The position numbers were made by a program, and so were the translations under genes. Source: Nitrosopumilus sp. (GTDB taxonomy: Archaea; Thermoproteota; Nitrososphaeria; Nitrososphaerales; Nitrosopumilaceae). From it: a stretch of 64,000 nucleotides of DNA. The stretch is taken from contig OZ244650.1 in the NCBI GenBank assembly GCA_965218785.1, positions 1,120,001 to 1,184,000 of the forward strand, given 5' to 3'. Shown piece after piece: positions 1 to 10,207 of the stretch (position 1 is the first letter of the stretch; the number at the start of each line of letters is the position of its first letter). The notes under the pieces are model-generated. The model was not told the DNA's origin. It did no database searches and saw only the letters and a program-made list of their open reading frames with translations.

Positions 1-277
1 CTGGCATCCTGCCGATAATATCATAAAACCCGCCGTATTTTTCAGGTCCGTCTGTAGATACTGTGACGTATGCTATTTTGTTCTTTTGTCCCGTGACGCC
101 CTTTTTTGAAAAGAGGAACTGGCCGGCATCAAGTGATTCACGGTCCTTCACCGCCCTTTCAAATTCCAGCTCGTTTCTAAAGCCCAGCGCCCGGGCCTTG
201 TAAAATCTTGGAAGCGCTATCTGGGACGTCAGTACGCTGTGCAGGTCAGTTATCAGCCGTGTTGCATCCAATAACAT
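1..277 (-). CDS. Partial CDS running off the left edge; hypothetical, possibly an R-M component downstream of vsr
   Basis: Open frame read manually from ATG at 277: MLLDATRLITDLHSVLTSQIALPRFYKARALGFRNELEFERAVKDRESLDAGQFLFSKK..., with no stop before the edge. Same strand as vsr. Confidence 0.6.
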   Translation of the reverse strand, partial: MLLDATRLITDLHSVLTSQIALPRFYKARALGFRNELEFERAVKDRESLDAGQFLFSKKGVTGQKNKIAYVTVSTDGPEKYGGFYDIIGRMP

Positions 278-351
278 ACGTGATTGAATCCAACTTAATC
301 ATCATGTGTGAGAAAAAACTAACTGTTTTGTCGACATGCGTGCCGCACCGC

Positions 352-747
352 CTACCGCATGAAACGGATTATTCTTGCAAGGCACACATCCGGCCTCTTT
401 TCAATGTCATGCTCCCACAGACGTATGACGGAGTATCCCTCACGTCTGAGCCGTCTTGATACGCCCCGGTCACGCCTGATGTTTCCCTCTATCTTGTCCC
501 TCCAGAACCTCTTTGCCGGCTTTTTTTTCTTGTCATAGTTGTACCCGTGCCAAAAGTCCCCGTCGCAGAAGACGAGTGTTTCCGCACCCACCAGAAAGTC
601 CGGATGTCCGTAGATGTCCGGATGCTGCCGGAACGGTATCCCGTTTGCCCTCAGCATCCCCCGCATTCTTTTCTCGATGCCCGTGTTTTTTCCGCGTATT
701 CTTGACATCACCCAGCTTCTTTTTTCAGGGGTAAATACGTCGGTCAT
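352..747 (-). CDS. vsr: Very-short-patch repair (G:T mismatch) endonuclease Vsr
   Basis: Canonical Vsr motifs: MTDVFTPEKRSWVMSRIRGKNTGIE, GHPDF, VFCDGDFWHG, FWRDKIEGNIRRD, VIRLWEHD. Confidence 0.95.
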   Translation of the reverse strand: MTDVFTPEKRSWVMSRIRGKNTGIEKRMRGMLRANGIPFRQHPDIYGHPDFLVGAETLVFCDGDFWHGYNYDKKKKPAKRFWRDKIEGNIRRDRGVSRRLRREGYSVIRLWEHDIEKRPDVCLARIIRFMR

Positions 748-845
748 ATTCGTGTTCTTTGAGTTTTGATTTCCAGATATTTAGATTTTCCGACCAGGTT
801 CACTGGAATTTCATATTTAAAAAAAAATCCATCTGGTACGGGTTT

Positions 846-1295
846 TCAGAATGTCTTCATCAGAAACCGCGATGTCTTTTCATACATTTCGGATACTCTA
901 TCAATTGCATCAAAGACTGTCTGCTGGTTGATGTTTTCTTTGTCATCTAGTACAACATAGACACCCACTTTCTGCTTTCCGTCTTCCGTGATGATCTTGC
1001 TTATTGCCTGAATTGAGATACAGTATTCCTTTACTTTACTCTCAAAGCTTTTCTTTTCATCATCGTTGAATCCAAGATACCTTGCAATCTGGTTGTTTTT
1101 CATAATCGCCTTGGCACCCAGCACCAGGATTCCAGGCTGTGCCTTTGGCTCGAATATCTCCACTGGAATTCCGTACTGGCCCGCATGTCTTACCAGAATT
1201 TGAAAGGAGTTTTCCGGATTTTTCACGTCTTCAAATGACAGACCCTCGTGAGTCATCCACCGTTCGACGTTGTCTCGCATTCCTGATGTACCCAT
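846..1295 (-). CDS. Conserved archaeal hypothetical protein (DUF2299-like)
   Basis: 149 aa; RDNVERWMTHEGLSFE...IPVEIFEPK resembles thaumarchaeal DUF2299 proteins (recall, not searched). Confidence 0.6.
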   Translation of the reverse strand: MGTSGMRDNVERWMTHEGLSFEDVKNPENSFQILVRHAGQYGIPVEIFEPKAQPGILVLGAKAIMKNNQIARYLGFNDDEKKSFESKVKEYCISIQAISKIITEDGKQKVGVYVVLDDKENINQQTVFDAIDRVSEMYEKTSRFLMKTF

Positions 1296-1506
1296 GTAAT
1301 ACTTTGCAAAATGGCTCTATATGATTCTAAATTAAACCTCGGTATGAAGAATTGAATTTATCAGATTATCTAACATAACTTGTTAATAATCATGAAGAAT
1401 TTCATCATTTATTGTAGGAATTTAATATTGTGTAAACAGTGAACCATGGTTCGGATGAGGTATGCCATATGAGATTTGAAATGAGGATCGTGTTCCGCCT
1501 TTCGTC

Positions 1507-1716
1507 CTAGACTGTCTTGTTTTGGACTGGAGTGTTGTCTGATTTGTGATTTAACGTCTTTTTCTGTCTAGGGGGGATCGAGTTCTGTGATGGAGGGCTG
1601 TGTGCGTTCTCATAGTATTTCATACGAATTTGTATCTCCTTGTTTACAAGTTGTAATTCTGTGATTGTGAGTTTTTGTTCCTCAATTATTTGCAGTAAAT
1701 CTTTTTGTATGGACAC
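1507..1716 (-). pseudogene. IS66-family transposase N-terminal remnant
   Basis: Coiled coil followed by YYENAHSPPSQNSIP, the NSxxPPS motif of IS66 TnpC N-termini; truncated. Confidence 0.7.
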
Positions 1717-2003
1717 TTTTCTTGTTCTCCGCGATTAGTTGGGCAATCTCGTCTCGTAAAATATTGATTTCTGGGTGTGGTAATGGTCAGAATTCGTGCT
1801 CGATTATATTTAGATCAGTTCGATCTAAAATATTTGATGTTATGACTAGAGGTAACCCCTTATGAACCACCAATCGGATAGCTTATATAGGATATGTAGG
1901 ATATCTAGTTCAATAAAGTCCAAATCGGTAAAATCATATCATCGGTATAATCGTCACGTCGATAAAGAATTACACCCTAGGAATATCGTATAGATTCACT
2001 TAT

Positions 2004-2549
2004 ATGGTGTTAATGTGTAAATCTGGCATGGTGTTAATGTGTAAATCGGGCATGCCCCCCAACAAACAAGCAATTGATTTTGAGACGAAATCGGTAGCAG
2101 CCACAACAAACCCTATGCACATACTGGCTGCAGATGCTGACAACCACAGGGTACAGGTATTTGGTACCGATGGCAATTATGCCATCCAGTCGGGTAGTTT
2201 AGGTACTGGCAACGGTCAGTTTCAGGCTCCCAATGAAATCACAAGCGATAACACGGTACAATTGTTTGAGAATGATGATCATAATTTAGACACCATGATC
2301 TTCATCAACAAATCAATCATGAAAACATATAAAAAAATTAAGGAGGTAGATAAATTTGACGAGAACAAAAATAAAAGATACAATCGAACGATACTTACTA
2401 ACGACAATGACTATAATTATCGAAATAGTATTGAATTTAAGTTAGTATTGTTAGAAGACAAAGTGGCAGAGGCAAAAATTGCGGAGGAGACATGGAATCT
2501 CCATATGCAGCCCCTCTTTAATAAGAGGGGCACGTCTCTTCACCAATAA
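2004..2549 (+). pseudogene. Chimeric or degraded ORF containing one NHL-repeat fragment
   Basis: ILAADADNHRVQVFGTDGNY...GSLGTGNGQFQAPNEI is an NHL repeat. The ORF starts with a 24-bp tandem duplication (2004-2051), and the C-terminal half is unrelated. Confidence 0.55.
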
Positions 2550-2669
2550 TAATTAACCATAATTCCCGAGTGTAGCCATCCATGTAAATCTCTGGCGGCA
2601 TTAGACACATCCTGATCCTTTCAGCCTTACATTCTATCAGATTCCTATCTTCTTAAGCTTTTGTACGTA

Positions 2670-3438
2670 TCCAGAAGTTCCGATTGTGTGCCTATTCTGA
2701 ATAAAATTATACCATAAATTCGAGTTTTCCCAACATTATGATCTAAAAGCAAGGAGTGTCTCAACCATATCTATGAATCATCAAAAACACAACGTAGTAT
2801 TCCCTTGAATACTACAGCGCTGCAGGATTTAATTCATTAGACTCTTGCGTAATTGTAAATAATATCTCGTCTTTTTGTATATTTGATTTTTGATTTTATG
2901 GAATTACAACAACCTCTTGCTTCCATCGCATATTGAGATTTACAATTCCACATACAATGTCACAGATTACATCTTGTCAATTACAACGGTTGAATTTTTT
3001 GAAATCATGCCATTGTGCCTTGCTTCATGGACAGTGCCACGGATCATAGTGCTGACCGAGTATTACATCATATTCCACTCTATTAATCTTTGATAAGAAC
3101 CAGTCCACACCGGATTCATTTACACCGTCGCTGCACCTGTTGATACTGCCTGTTCTGCACAAATGCTGTTTTTACACATGTACAAGAAAAATGTGGTTAC
3201 ATCTTTTGCACCATACATGGCATTATGAGGGTCTGAGAACTTTATTGGCATCTTGGAAATCCACCCATACAATAAATTAAATCCTACTGCTCCATAGTCT
3301 TCACGGATTGCTCCGTTGTTTCTTTGATATTGCATGGATATGACTGGACCGCTCCTTGTTTTTAGATCAGTGTTGGGGAAACTCGAATTTATGGCATAGT
3401 TTTATTCAGAATAGGAAAACACAATCGGAATTTCTGGA
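2670..3438 (-). mobile_element. Internally deleted IS (IS4/ISH3-like) with ~87-bp terminal inverted repeats
   Basis: 2670-2756 (tccagaagttccgattgtgtgcctattctgaataaaat...gatctaaaagcaaggag) is the near reverse complement of 3352-3438. Broken transposase-like frames lie inside (3120-3335 and HNGMISKNSTVVIDK). The family assignment is tentative. Confidence 0.75.
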
Positions 3439-3439
3439 C

Positions 3440-3476
3440 AGGTTATCTTTTCAGGTCTCAACAAATTTACAGAACC
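3440..3476. repeat. IS6-like terminal sequence, copy 1
   Basis: aggttatcttttcaggtctcaacaaatttacagaacc. Its reverse complement begins GGTTCTGT, like IS6-family IRs. Near-identical copy at 4868-4904. Confidence 0.6.
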
Positions 3477-3595
3477 TTTCTAACAATGTTTTTTCGAGTC
3501 ATGTTGGCATGTGCGCTGGCCAAACCATGCAGGGATGATTTTTGATCTTGGGTAATAGGGATTGTGATTGTCTAGTCTGACAAGATAAGAATCTT

Positions 3596-4159
3596 TTATT
3601 CTTGTATATCCTCAGACCCTACTATTTCCAGGTTTTCAGGGGCAATCGCTGAGAGCATTTTAATGTCATAGTCGTTTGTTATAAGGACTGTCTTTCCTTT
3701 CTTTGCAGTTGCAACGGCTTCACCATAAATTGTTCTGTCATCTTCAGCGGCATCATAGAGCCACTCTAGGGCTTCCTTATACTTGTCATCCGGCAGTTCT
3801 TCGGTGTTTTTTATGCCTTTATCTTCCAATGCCTTGTTTTTTACATGAATCCATTCTGCTGCGGCTTTACCTGTCGGGTTATCCCTTATTGAAGCATGGT
3901 ACCGTTCTGCTTCCATGACAGCTTTTCGATTTGCAATGACTTCAATCATGGCGCTTTGATATTTGTCTAGTCTGTCCTTGTATTTTTTCTCGCTACTTGA
4001 ACTCAGTATCTTTTTAATTTCGTTTTGCACTGCGTCTGTTATGATAAGATGATCAATTCTCCTGTCTATGATCTCTTTTAGATGTGATATATTTTCCCTG
4101 TTGTATCCCACCAATACCAACAATGCACTGCTGTCCATTAGTATGGCTTTGCCAGTCAA
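3596..4159 (-). CDS. PIN-domain protein (VapC-like ribonuclease)
   Basis: Acidic PIN tetrad: ILMDSSAL, ITDAVQNEI, DDRTI, LITNDYD. Confidence 0.75.
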   Translation of the reverse strand: MTGKAILMDSSALLVLVGYNRENISHLKEIIDRRIDHLIITDAVQNEIKKILSSSSEKKYKDRLDKYQSAMIEVIANRKAVMEAERYHASIRDNPTGKAAAEWIHVKNKALEDKGIKNTEELPDDKYKEALEWLYDAAEDDRTIYGEAVATAKKGKTVLITNDYDIKMLSAIAPENLEIVGSEDIQE

Positions 4160-4268
4160 GTCACAAACCGGTTCGCTTGAATCTTCTGGAATTTTAGGTC
4201 ACCATGGCTTTACGGTGTTTTTGTTGGATTTTAAACCTTGTTTTTTTGTCCTCCATCCCACACGTCTA

Positions 4269-4339
4269 GTGTGTGGATCCATCTAGAATTATAACTCCTA
4301 GATATTACATTTTTTGAGCAAGTTGGGGGATAAAACACC
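4269..4339 (+). mobile_element. Degenerate solo left end of the IS3-family element
   Basis: gtggatccatctagaat...tttttgagcaagttgggggataaaacacc matches the ends at 51843 and 52365. Confidence 0.65.
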
Positions 4340-4433
4340 CTGTCTGTTCCACTTGAAATTACAGATGATGTTCGGAGCAGATCATGAAGTATCTCGGATG
4401 TTTTTCAATTATTTGTCAAATAGGCGATTGGAT

Positions 4434-4649
4434 TCACCGGTCAAGATGATCTTTGATTCTTGCTTCTACAAAACTCCAAAAGGAATCATTTTCTGCATCC
4501 CATGACGTACTGTCAACATTTTGCATTATCTCCATGACATCCTTCTTGGATAGTGCGTTATCCGTATCCATCGCCTTGATGTCCTCCCAGGACAACCTCA
4601 CAAGTGATACTGGTTCTGGCATATCCTGCCAATCTGGTATTTCAGTCAT
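4434..4649 (-). CDS. Small acidic hypothetical protein
   Basis: 71-aa ORF preceded by gaggaggaaaaata (strong SD-like motif). Confidence 0.6.
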   Translation of the reverse strand: MTEIPDWQDMPEPVSLVRLSWEDIKAMDTDNALSKKDVMEIMQNVDSTSWDAENDSFWSFVEARIKDHLDR

Positions 4650-4867
4650 TATTTTTCCTCCTCAAAGATTTCACCGGTTATTTGCATGGTATGATCTTTT
4701 CCTGCCCATAAATAAATTTTATTTTTAATTGGAAGTTGTTTGCCTAATTAAATTTAGTTAAATTAAATTATGAAAACACGTTTGAAGACTTTAAAAAATA
4801 TTTCCAATTTCTCCAGTTCCAGTAAGATCAGTTTCAGAAGAGGAGTTCAATAACGTCTATTGTAACT

Positions 4868-4904
4868 AGGTTATCTTTTCAGGCCTCGACAAATTTACAG
4901 AACC
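4868..4904. repeat. IS6-like terminal sequence, copy 2
   Basis: aggttatcttttcaggcctcgacaaatttacagaacc, a direct repeat of 3440-3476. Confidence 0.6.
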
Positions 4905-5091
4905 GAGTTTATGCACATTTAATCCAACTTCGAAGAAATTAACATCCAAATATGTTGAAATTTGTCATAGTAAATTTGTCAATATTTGATCATAAGAACA
5001 CTTTAGTTTAACCAATCAATAGTTGTTTAATAAAAATTTGTTAAGATTGAGATGTATTTTTAGTAATCTCGTCCATATCTTGTCATTAAAA

Positions 5092-6645
5092 TTACAAATT
5101 TCTACACTTTATACACCAAGATGAATTCCTAATAATTTCATCGATGTTTTGAAGACCAAATAATTCCTTTATTTTCATCTCAGATATTGCGATTTCTCCA
5201 CAATGTGAGCATTTAGTTGCCGATTCTAATCGATTCTTAATTTCGGCAAATATTTCATCAAAAATAGAATCCCCAGCACCTGTATTTTCCATCATTGTAC
5301 GAGGATTCAATGGATATAATGCAAGTTTAAGATTATTGTGGTATTTTGTTGAATCTGTACTAGATCTAGGAAAAACATATTCGGCTTTATAGTTATTGGA
5401 CCAAATAATACCTCCAAACCCCGTACTCAAATTTGTCATATATGCCAAAATTTTATTTTTTGGAGATTCCTTATTTTCAGCATTTTTGTAATTTTTTGCA
5501 TCTAAAACCCCCAATATCTTCTGATTAGATAAGATAGTAAAATCAGGTGTGTGTGAATGAGCCCATGCAAATTCAGTTTTTTCTGAAAAGGGTTTTTCAT
5601 AAAATAATTCTACTTTTTGATAATTTAGAGTAAATTGGATAGATTGACATTCTGAATCGAGTGCAAGTGTTACATCCACATATTTTTGAAAACAATGCAA
5701 AAGCTCAAAAAATATCCATATTTCATACATTTCATCTATATTCTTGACTGCGTCTAGTAAAAATTTTATAGTTCTATCTTTCTTTTTAATATTTGTAAAA
5801 TTAAATGTCTTCATTTTGCTAAACCAGATTAATAATTTTCCATATGCTGTATTTTCAATGAATCCTTCTTTTAATCTCCTTGTAACTTCTAACTCTAAAA
5901 TTTGAATTTTTTTGTTCCGAACATTCATGTCAAAATCATATCTAACAACTTCAACCACGTTATAAAATGGAAAGTGTTTGAGAATAGATTTACAACGAGT
6001 GGAAATACGTTTTAGGGTTTTGAGTTCTGAAATATCTAATGGATACTCAAAAGTGTTTGCCAATAGACGCTGAATTTGGTGGGACAGCCACATGGTAATC
6101 CAAATTAAAAGAATATTTTCGGGCACAGTGAATCTTTTTTCCCATTTATCTACCTCAAATGATAATGGGAAATCAGTAATTGATTTTGTTAAAGTAGCAT
6201 TCCAATTTATTTTCCCTTCAATTCGAACCGTGGACAAAACATTAGTTTGTTCAAAATTAATGCGAGTCAAAATTTTTTTATAAATCTCAAAATATTCATT
6301 ACTAAATTTAAAAAGTTGTTCCAATTCTGAAGATCTATCAGGCAATTCAGAAATACCTTTTTGGAATTTTGCTTTAAAATATTCATCAGTATTATGTCTA
6401 TAGCGTCTTAACAAGTAATTAATTCTACGAAACATATATTCCATTTCTTCAAAATTTATACAAAATCTGACAAACTGATGCCATTGTTCGCCCTTAATAT
6501 TATTTTCAGCAACTTTCCATTCCTTAAAAAATTTTTTTTTTGATTTAGCACGTTTATTAATTAATTCATATTGGATTTGGGAAATTTCTTTTTTCTCATT
6601 TTTTATTAGAGCGTGTATTTCTCGAATTAATTCTAAACGATTCAT
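5092..6645 (-). CDS. mcrC: McrC-like PD-(D/E)xK nuclease with a C-terminal Zn ribbon
   Basis: 4-nt overlap with McrB; IEGKINW, PENILL, MYEIW, TPDF...VLDAKNY; C-terminus CSHCG...FG...SWCIKCR. Confidence 0.8.
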   Translation of the reverse strand: MNRLELIREIHALIKNEKKEISQIQYELINKRAKSKKKFFKEWKVAENNIKGEQWHQFVRFCINFEEMEYMFRRINYLLRRYRHNTDEYFKAKFQKGISELPDRSSELEQLFKFSNEYFEIYKKILTRINFEQTNVLSTVRIEGKINWNATLTKSITDFPLSFEVDKWEKRFTVPENILLIWITMWLSHQIQRLLANTFEYPLDISELKTLKRISTRCKSILKHFPFYNVVEVVRYDFDMNVRNKKIQILELEVTRRLKEGFIENTAYGKLLIWFSKMKTFNFTNIKKKDRTIKFLLDAVKNIDEMYEIWIFFELLHCFQKYVDVTLALDSECQSIQFTLNYQKVELFYEKPFSEKTEFAWAHSHTPDFTILSNQKILGVLDAKNYKNAENKESPKNKILAYMTNLSTGFGGIIWSNNYKAEYVFPRSSTDSTKYHNNLKLALYPLNPRTMMENTGAGDSIFDEIFAEIKNRLESATKCSHCGEIAISEMKIKELFGLQNIDEIIRNSSWCIKCRNL

Positions 6646-8420
6646 AAGAATTCAAAAGTTTTTTTGAGATCGTCTAAAGCAATTTGAAATAAAGGTAATT
6701 TTCTATTGATGTTATTCTTAGGTTTTTGTATATCCCATGATTTGGAAATTAATGTCCAATCCTCATCAGCAATATTCTTTCTTTGATATTTATCTTGCAA
6801 TTTTTCTACATTTGGAATTTTAATAAATTTTAAAAAATATCCAAAATCATTACTGTATTCTTGTCTAATTTCATCTTCGTTTTTATCATACATACTACGA
6901 AAAAATTTAAGTAAATCATCAAAACAATAATTTTTTAAAACTTCAAGATTTGTCACTGTAACTTTTTCTAATTGAGGAATGATATTGCCAGTTAATGCCA
7001 TATCTAAAACAGAATCCGAATAACCCTTAATCTGAGTTCCTATTAACATTGTTTGATAAATGGATTTGAGAATGGCAGTTCCCAGGTCTTTTGTCATTCT
7101 TACAAATGAAAGAATTTCATATGCACTTCTAACAGCTGAAATTAATTCTAAATTAGATTGGTTTTCAGCCAGTTTTTTTGCATTATTGTCTAATTGAATT
7201 AATGAAGATACGGTAAAAGGTAATTCTTTTATTGCATTTAATAATGCATAATAAATTTCTTGTTCAGCATATTCTCTAGAAGGGGATTTTAACTCAACAT
7301 ATGTAAATCGTCTTTTCAAGGCATCAGATAATTTGAATAAGTAATGTTTGTCGGACGTATTTAAAGTTCCAATAATTCTATAATCTTTGGGGATTTCTTG
7401 TTTTTTCAATTTTGCCTCTTTTTCATCTGGAATTAAAAGTGTTTTTGGTTCTTTTGATTCTAAAGATGTGAATAACGGACCAAATGCTTTGTCTATTTCT
7501 GCACGATTGAACTCATCAATTACCAACCATGTTCCAGAATATTTTGTGTCATCATTATTGCTATTAGTTTTATCATCCCAACTTTTTAGTACAGTTTCTG
7601 TAACACAACCATACTGTATTTCATATGATGGGCGATTATCCTTCATCCTAGGCACTATGCCTCCTATGACATCATGAACATTCCATTCAGACGTTGCAGT
7701 ATAAGTTTTTGTATCATATCCCTTTGTTTTTCGAGTCCAAAATGATTTGGGGATTAGTTCTGCAAGATGTGTTTTTCCAGTCCCAACTGGACCCGCAAGT
7801 AAAATATTACGACCACTTGTAAGATGAATCACGATTTCTTCGATAATTTCTTCGTCTAGCAGTAGATGATCTCGAATTTTACGAATGCCCTGTTCCAATT
7901 GTTCTTTGGTAGGAATTTCTAATGGTAAATCTTCAACGATTGTGGGATCAGGTGGCTCTGGCTTATCTCCAGTAGTGGATGTTTTATCAGATGTAGGAAA
8001 GATTAGTTGTCCTGAATCAAGAGCAGATTTTAGCATATCAAGATAATCATTCTCAGAAATAGGTCTAATTTTTTTACCTAGTGACCAGTCACTTCCACCA
8101 AATCGTTTAGGTAACCATTTAGCTTTAATTTTACCATCTATAACGGGATTAATTGGATTAAAATCACTTGTTTGTACATAAGGTGTCTTTTTGTTTTTAT
8201 TCTTTCCAAACGTAACATCTGCATCACCCCAAATAGAAACAAAATTTTGTTTAATATCAAACAAGATTGCTCTATGAATTTGATTTTCACAACTTTTCCA
8301 CTTTCGTTGTTGTCTAGAGAATAATAATAAAGAGTGATTTTCAAATTTGTTTAATTGAATTTCATCATTAGGACTCACATTAATTTTTATAAGAAAATAT
8401 CGTTCAGCCATAATTTTCAT
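6642..8420 (-). CDS. mcrB: McrB-like AAA+ GTPase of a type IV restriction system
   Basis: Walker A GPVGTGKT, Walker B LVIDEFNRA, McrB signature IIGTLNTSD, ALKRRF; distinct N-terminal reader domain. Confidence 0.9.
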   Translation of the reverse strand: MKIMAERYFLIKINVSPNDEIQLNKFENHSLLLFSRQQRKWKSCENQIHRAILFDIKQNFVSIWGDADVTFGKNKNKKTPYVQTSDFNPINPVIDGKIKAKWLPKRFGGSDWSLGKKIRPISENDYLDMLKSALDSGQLIFPTSDKTSTTGDKPEPPDPTIVEDLPLEIPTKEQLEQGIRKIRDHLLLDEEIIEEIVIHLTSGRNILLAGPVGTGKTHLAELIPKSFWTRKTKGYDTKTYTATSEWNVHDVIGGIVPRMKDNRPSYEIQYGCVTETVLKSWDDKTNSNNDDTKYSGTWLVIDEFNRAEIDKAFGPLFTSLESKEPKTLLIPDEKEAKLKKQEIPKDYRIIGTLNTSDKHYLFKLSDALKRRFTYVELKSPSREYAEQEIYYALLNAIKELPFTVSSLIQLDNNAKKLAENQSNLELISAVRSAYEILSFVRMTKDLGTAILKSIYQTMLIGTQIKGYSDSVLDMALTGNIIPQLEKVTVTNLEVLKNYCFDDLLKFFRSMYDKNEDEIRQEYSNDFGYFLKFIKIPNVEKLQDKYQRKNIADEDWTLISKSWDIQKPKNNINRKLPLFQIALDDLKKTFEFL

Positions 8421-8514
8421 AATATTTTACAACGTATAAGGATTTACATGAATTATTTGATACAATCTTTTATCAGGACATATGTAGTTTTTATATCATG
8501 TATTTTTTCTCTAG

Positions 8515-9390
8515 ATGTTGTCAAAAAAAAAGTTGGTGCTGATCGGCATCATAATAATTATTTTCATACTGGGTCTTGACGCGTTTGTAATAGAGCCCAA
8601 CATTATCGAGACAAGCAGACTACAGATTCCAGATACGGGTACCGAGATGAGAATCGGCCTTGTCGCCGATTTTCAAAGACAGAATGCCGATCCCGCCTTT
8701 GTATCGCGCGTGGTAGACATGCTAAATAACGAGAAACTAGACACCGTCCTGATTGCAGGTGATTTCATACATCATGACACCGCCGAACTACCATCACTTG
8801 AACCGCTAAAGAAACTGCAGACCACTCACGGGGTCTTCGGAGTCCTGGGAAACCACGATTACAGCGTGTATTCGTTTGACCGCCACGGTGCAAACACACA
8901 GCGTGCAGAAAAGGTAATAGAGTATATTACCAGTGAGGACACCATCAGGATACTCCAAAACGAGAATTTGTCAGTCAACGGCGTCTCAATTATAGGTCTT
9001 GATGAATACTGGGCAGGACAGAGAAACCAGACAAAGGCGTTTGCAGGTGTTGCCGACGGGTTTAAAATCCTACTCTCACATAACCAGGATGGCCTGTTAA
9101 TTGACAAGGATACTGCAGACCTGTATCTGTTTGGGCATACGCACTGCGGACAGGTCAGACTGCCGGTACTGGGTTCGATCCCAAAGATGCTGGGATTCCA
9201 GGGCGAGTATGACTACAAACATTACACCGTTAATGATGCCGAGGTCTACACCACATGCGGTCTGACCCCGGGACCCAGGTTTTTTAATCCGACTGAGGTT
9301 GTCGTGATTGAACTGACACCGATAGGACTAGTTTTATCTGTTACATGTTATAATAATAATCAAAGGTTACATGATGAGATATCACATTAA
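8515..9390 (+). CDS. Membrane-anchored metallophosphoesterase (YkuE/YaeI-like)
   Basis: N-terminal TM; ADFQ, AGDF, LGNHD, LSHN, GHTHCGQ motifs. Confidence 0.9.
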   Translation: MLSKKKLVLIGIIIIIFILGLDAFVIEPNIIETSRLQIPDTGTEMRIGLVADFQRQNADPAFVSRVVDMLNNEKLDTVLIAGDFIHHDTAELPSLEPLKKLQTTHGVFGVLGNHDYSVYSFDRHGANTQRAEKVIEYITSEDTIRILQNENLSVNGVSIIGLDEYWAGQRNQTKAFAGVADGFKILLSHNQDGLLIDKDTADLYLFGHTHCGQVRLPVLGSIPKMLGFQGEYDYKHYTVNDAEVYTTCGLTPGPRFFNPTEVVVIELTPIGLVLSVTCYNNNQRLHDEISH

Positions 9391-9428
9391 TTTCAGAATA
9401 TTAAAGACGCATACGCATAACCAAAAAT

Positions 9429-10082
9429 TCAGTTCAAAACAGATATTAATTCCTTTTTCCTGAAACATCCGACCACGTGATCATCTACCATTCCAACTGT
9501 CTGCATGAACGCATAGATCACAACAGGTCCAACAAAGGTAAATCCGCGTTTTTTCATATCGGCACTCATCAGTTCGGATTCTGGAGATGTTGCAGGAATG
9601 TCATCCCACGTTTTGAACCTGCCATGAATCGTGTCATAATTTACAAACGACCACACATACCTGTCAAATGTTCCAAACTCTTTTTTGATCTCCAGAAACC
9701 TTTTTGCATTGTTTATTGCAGAGTCTATCTTTCTCCTGTTTCGAATTATTCCAGTATCTGCAAGCAGCCGCACCACGTCTGATTTTGAATACCCTGCAAT
9801 TTTTTTGGCATCAAAGTTATCAAATGCCTTTCTAAATGACGCCCTTTTACCAAGTATGATCCTCCAGGAAAGTCCTGACTGCATCGCATCAAGTATGAGA
9901 AATTCAAAGAGTTTTCGGTCAGTATGTAACGGCGTACCCCACTCGGTATCATGGTATTTCGTGTGCGTACTACCAGAAACCCAGTCGCATCTTTTCACAT
10001 AGGATGTTTTAATACATCTTAATTCAGTTTTTCGATGGAATACTGCATCCATCAATGAAAAGACCGGAATAAAAGAATCCAA
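9429..10082 (-). CDS. tag: DNA-3-methyladenine glycosylase I (true start probably near 10000)
   Basis: RCDWV...YHDTEWG, LFEFLILDAMQSGLSW, IIRNRRKI, FVGPVVIYAFMQTVGMVDDH. Confidence 0.95.
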   Translation of the reverse strand: MDSFIPVFSLMDAVFHRKTELRCIKTSYVKRCDWVSGSTHTKYHDTEWGTPLHTDRKLFEFLILDAMQSGLSWRIILGKRASFRKAFDNFDAKKIAGYSKSDVVRLLADTGIIRNRRKIDSAINNAKRFLEIKKEFGTFDRYVWSFVNYDTIHGRFKTWDDIPATSPESELMSADMKKRGFTFVGPVVIYAFMQTVGMVDDHVVGCFRKKELISVLN

Positions 10083-10207
10083 GGCCAGAACAGTATTAAA
10101 ACCAGCCAGAAAATACCAATATAACTAATTTCAGATCCCCAATTACGATTAAGATACCTCAGCAAAACAACCATCAAGTTTTTCTAATAGTATATCCCAG
10201 ATACATC

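Noticed and set aside
2716-2727. AAATTCGAGTTT 12-mer shared between the long IS IR and the dif-like palindromes
   Set aside because: Short and AT-rich, and flanking bases do not align; likely coincidence.
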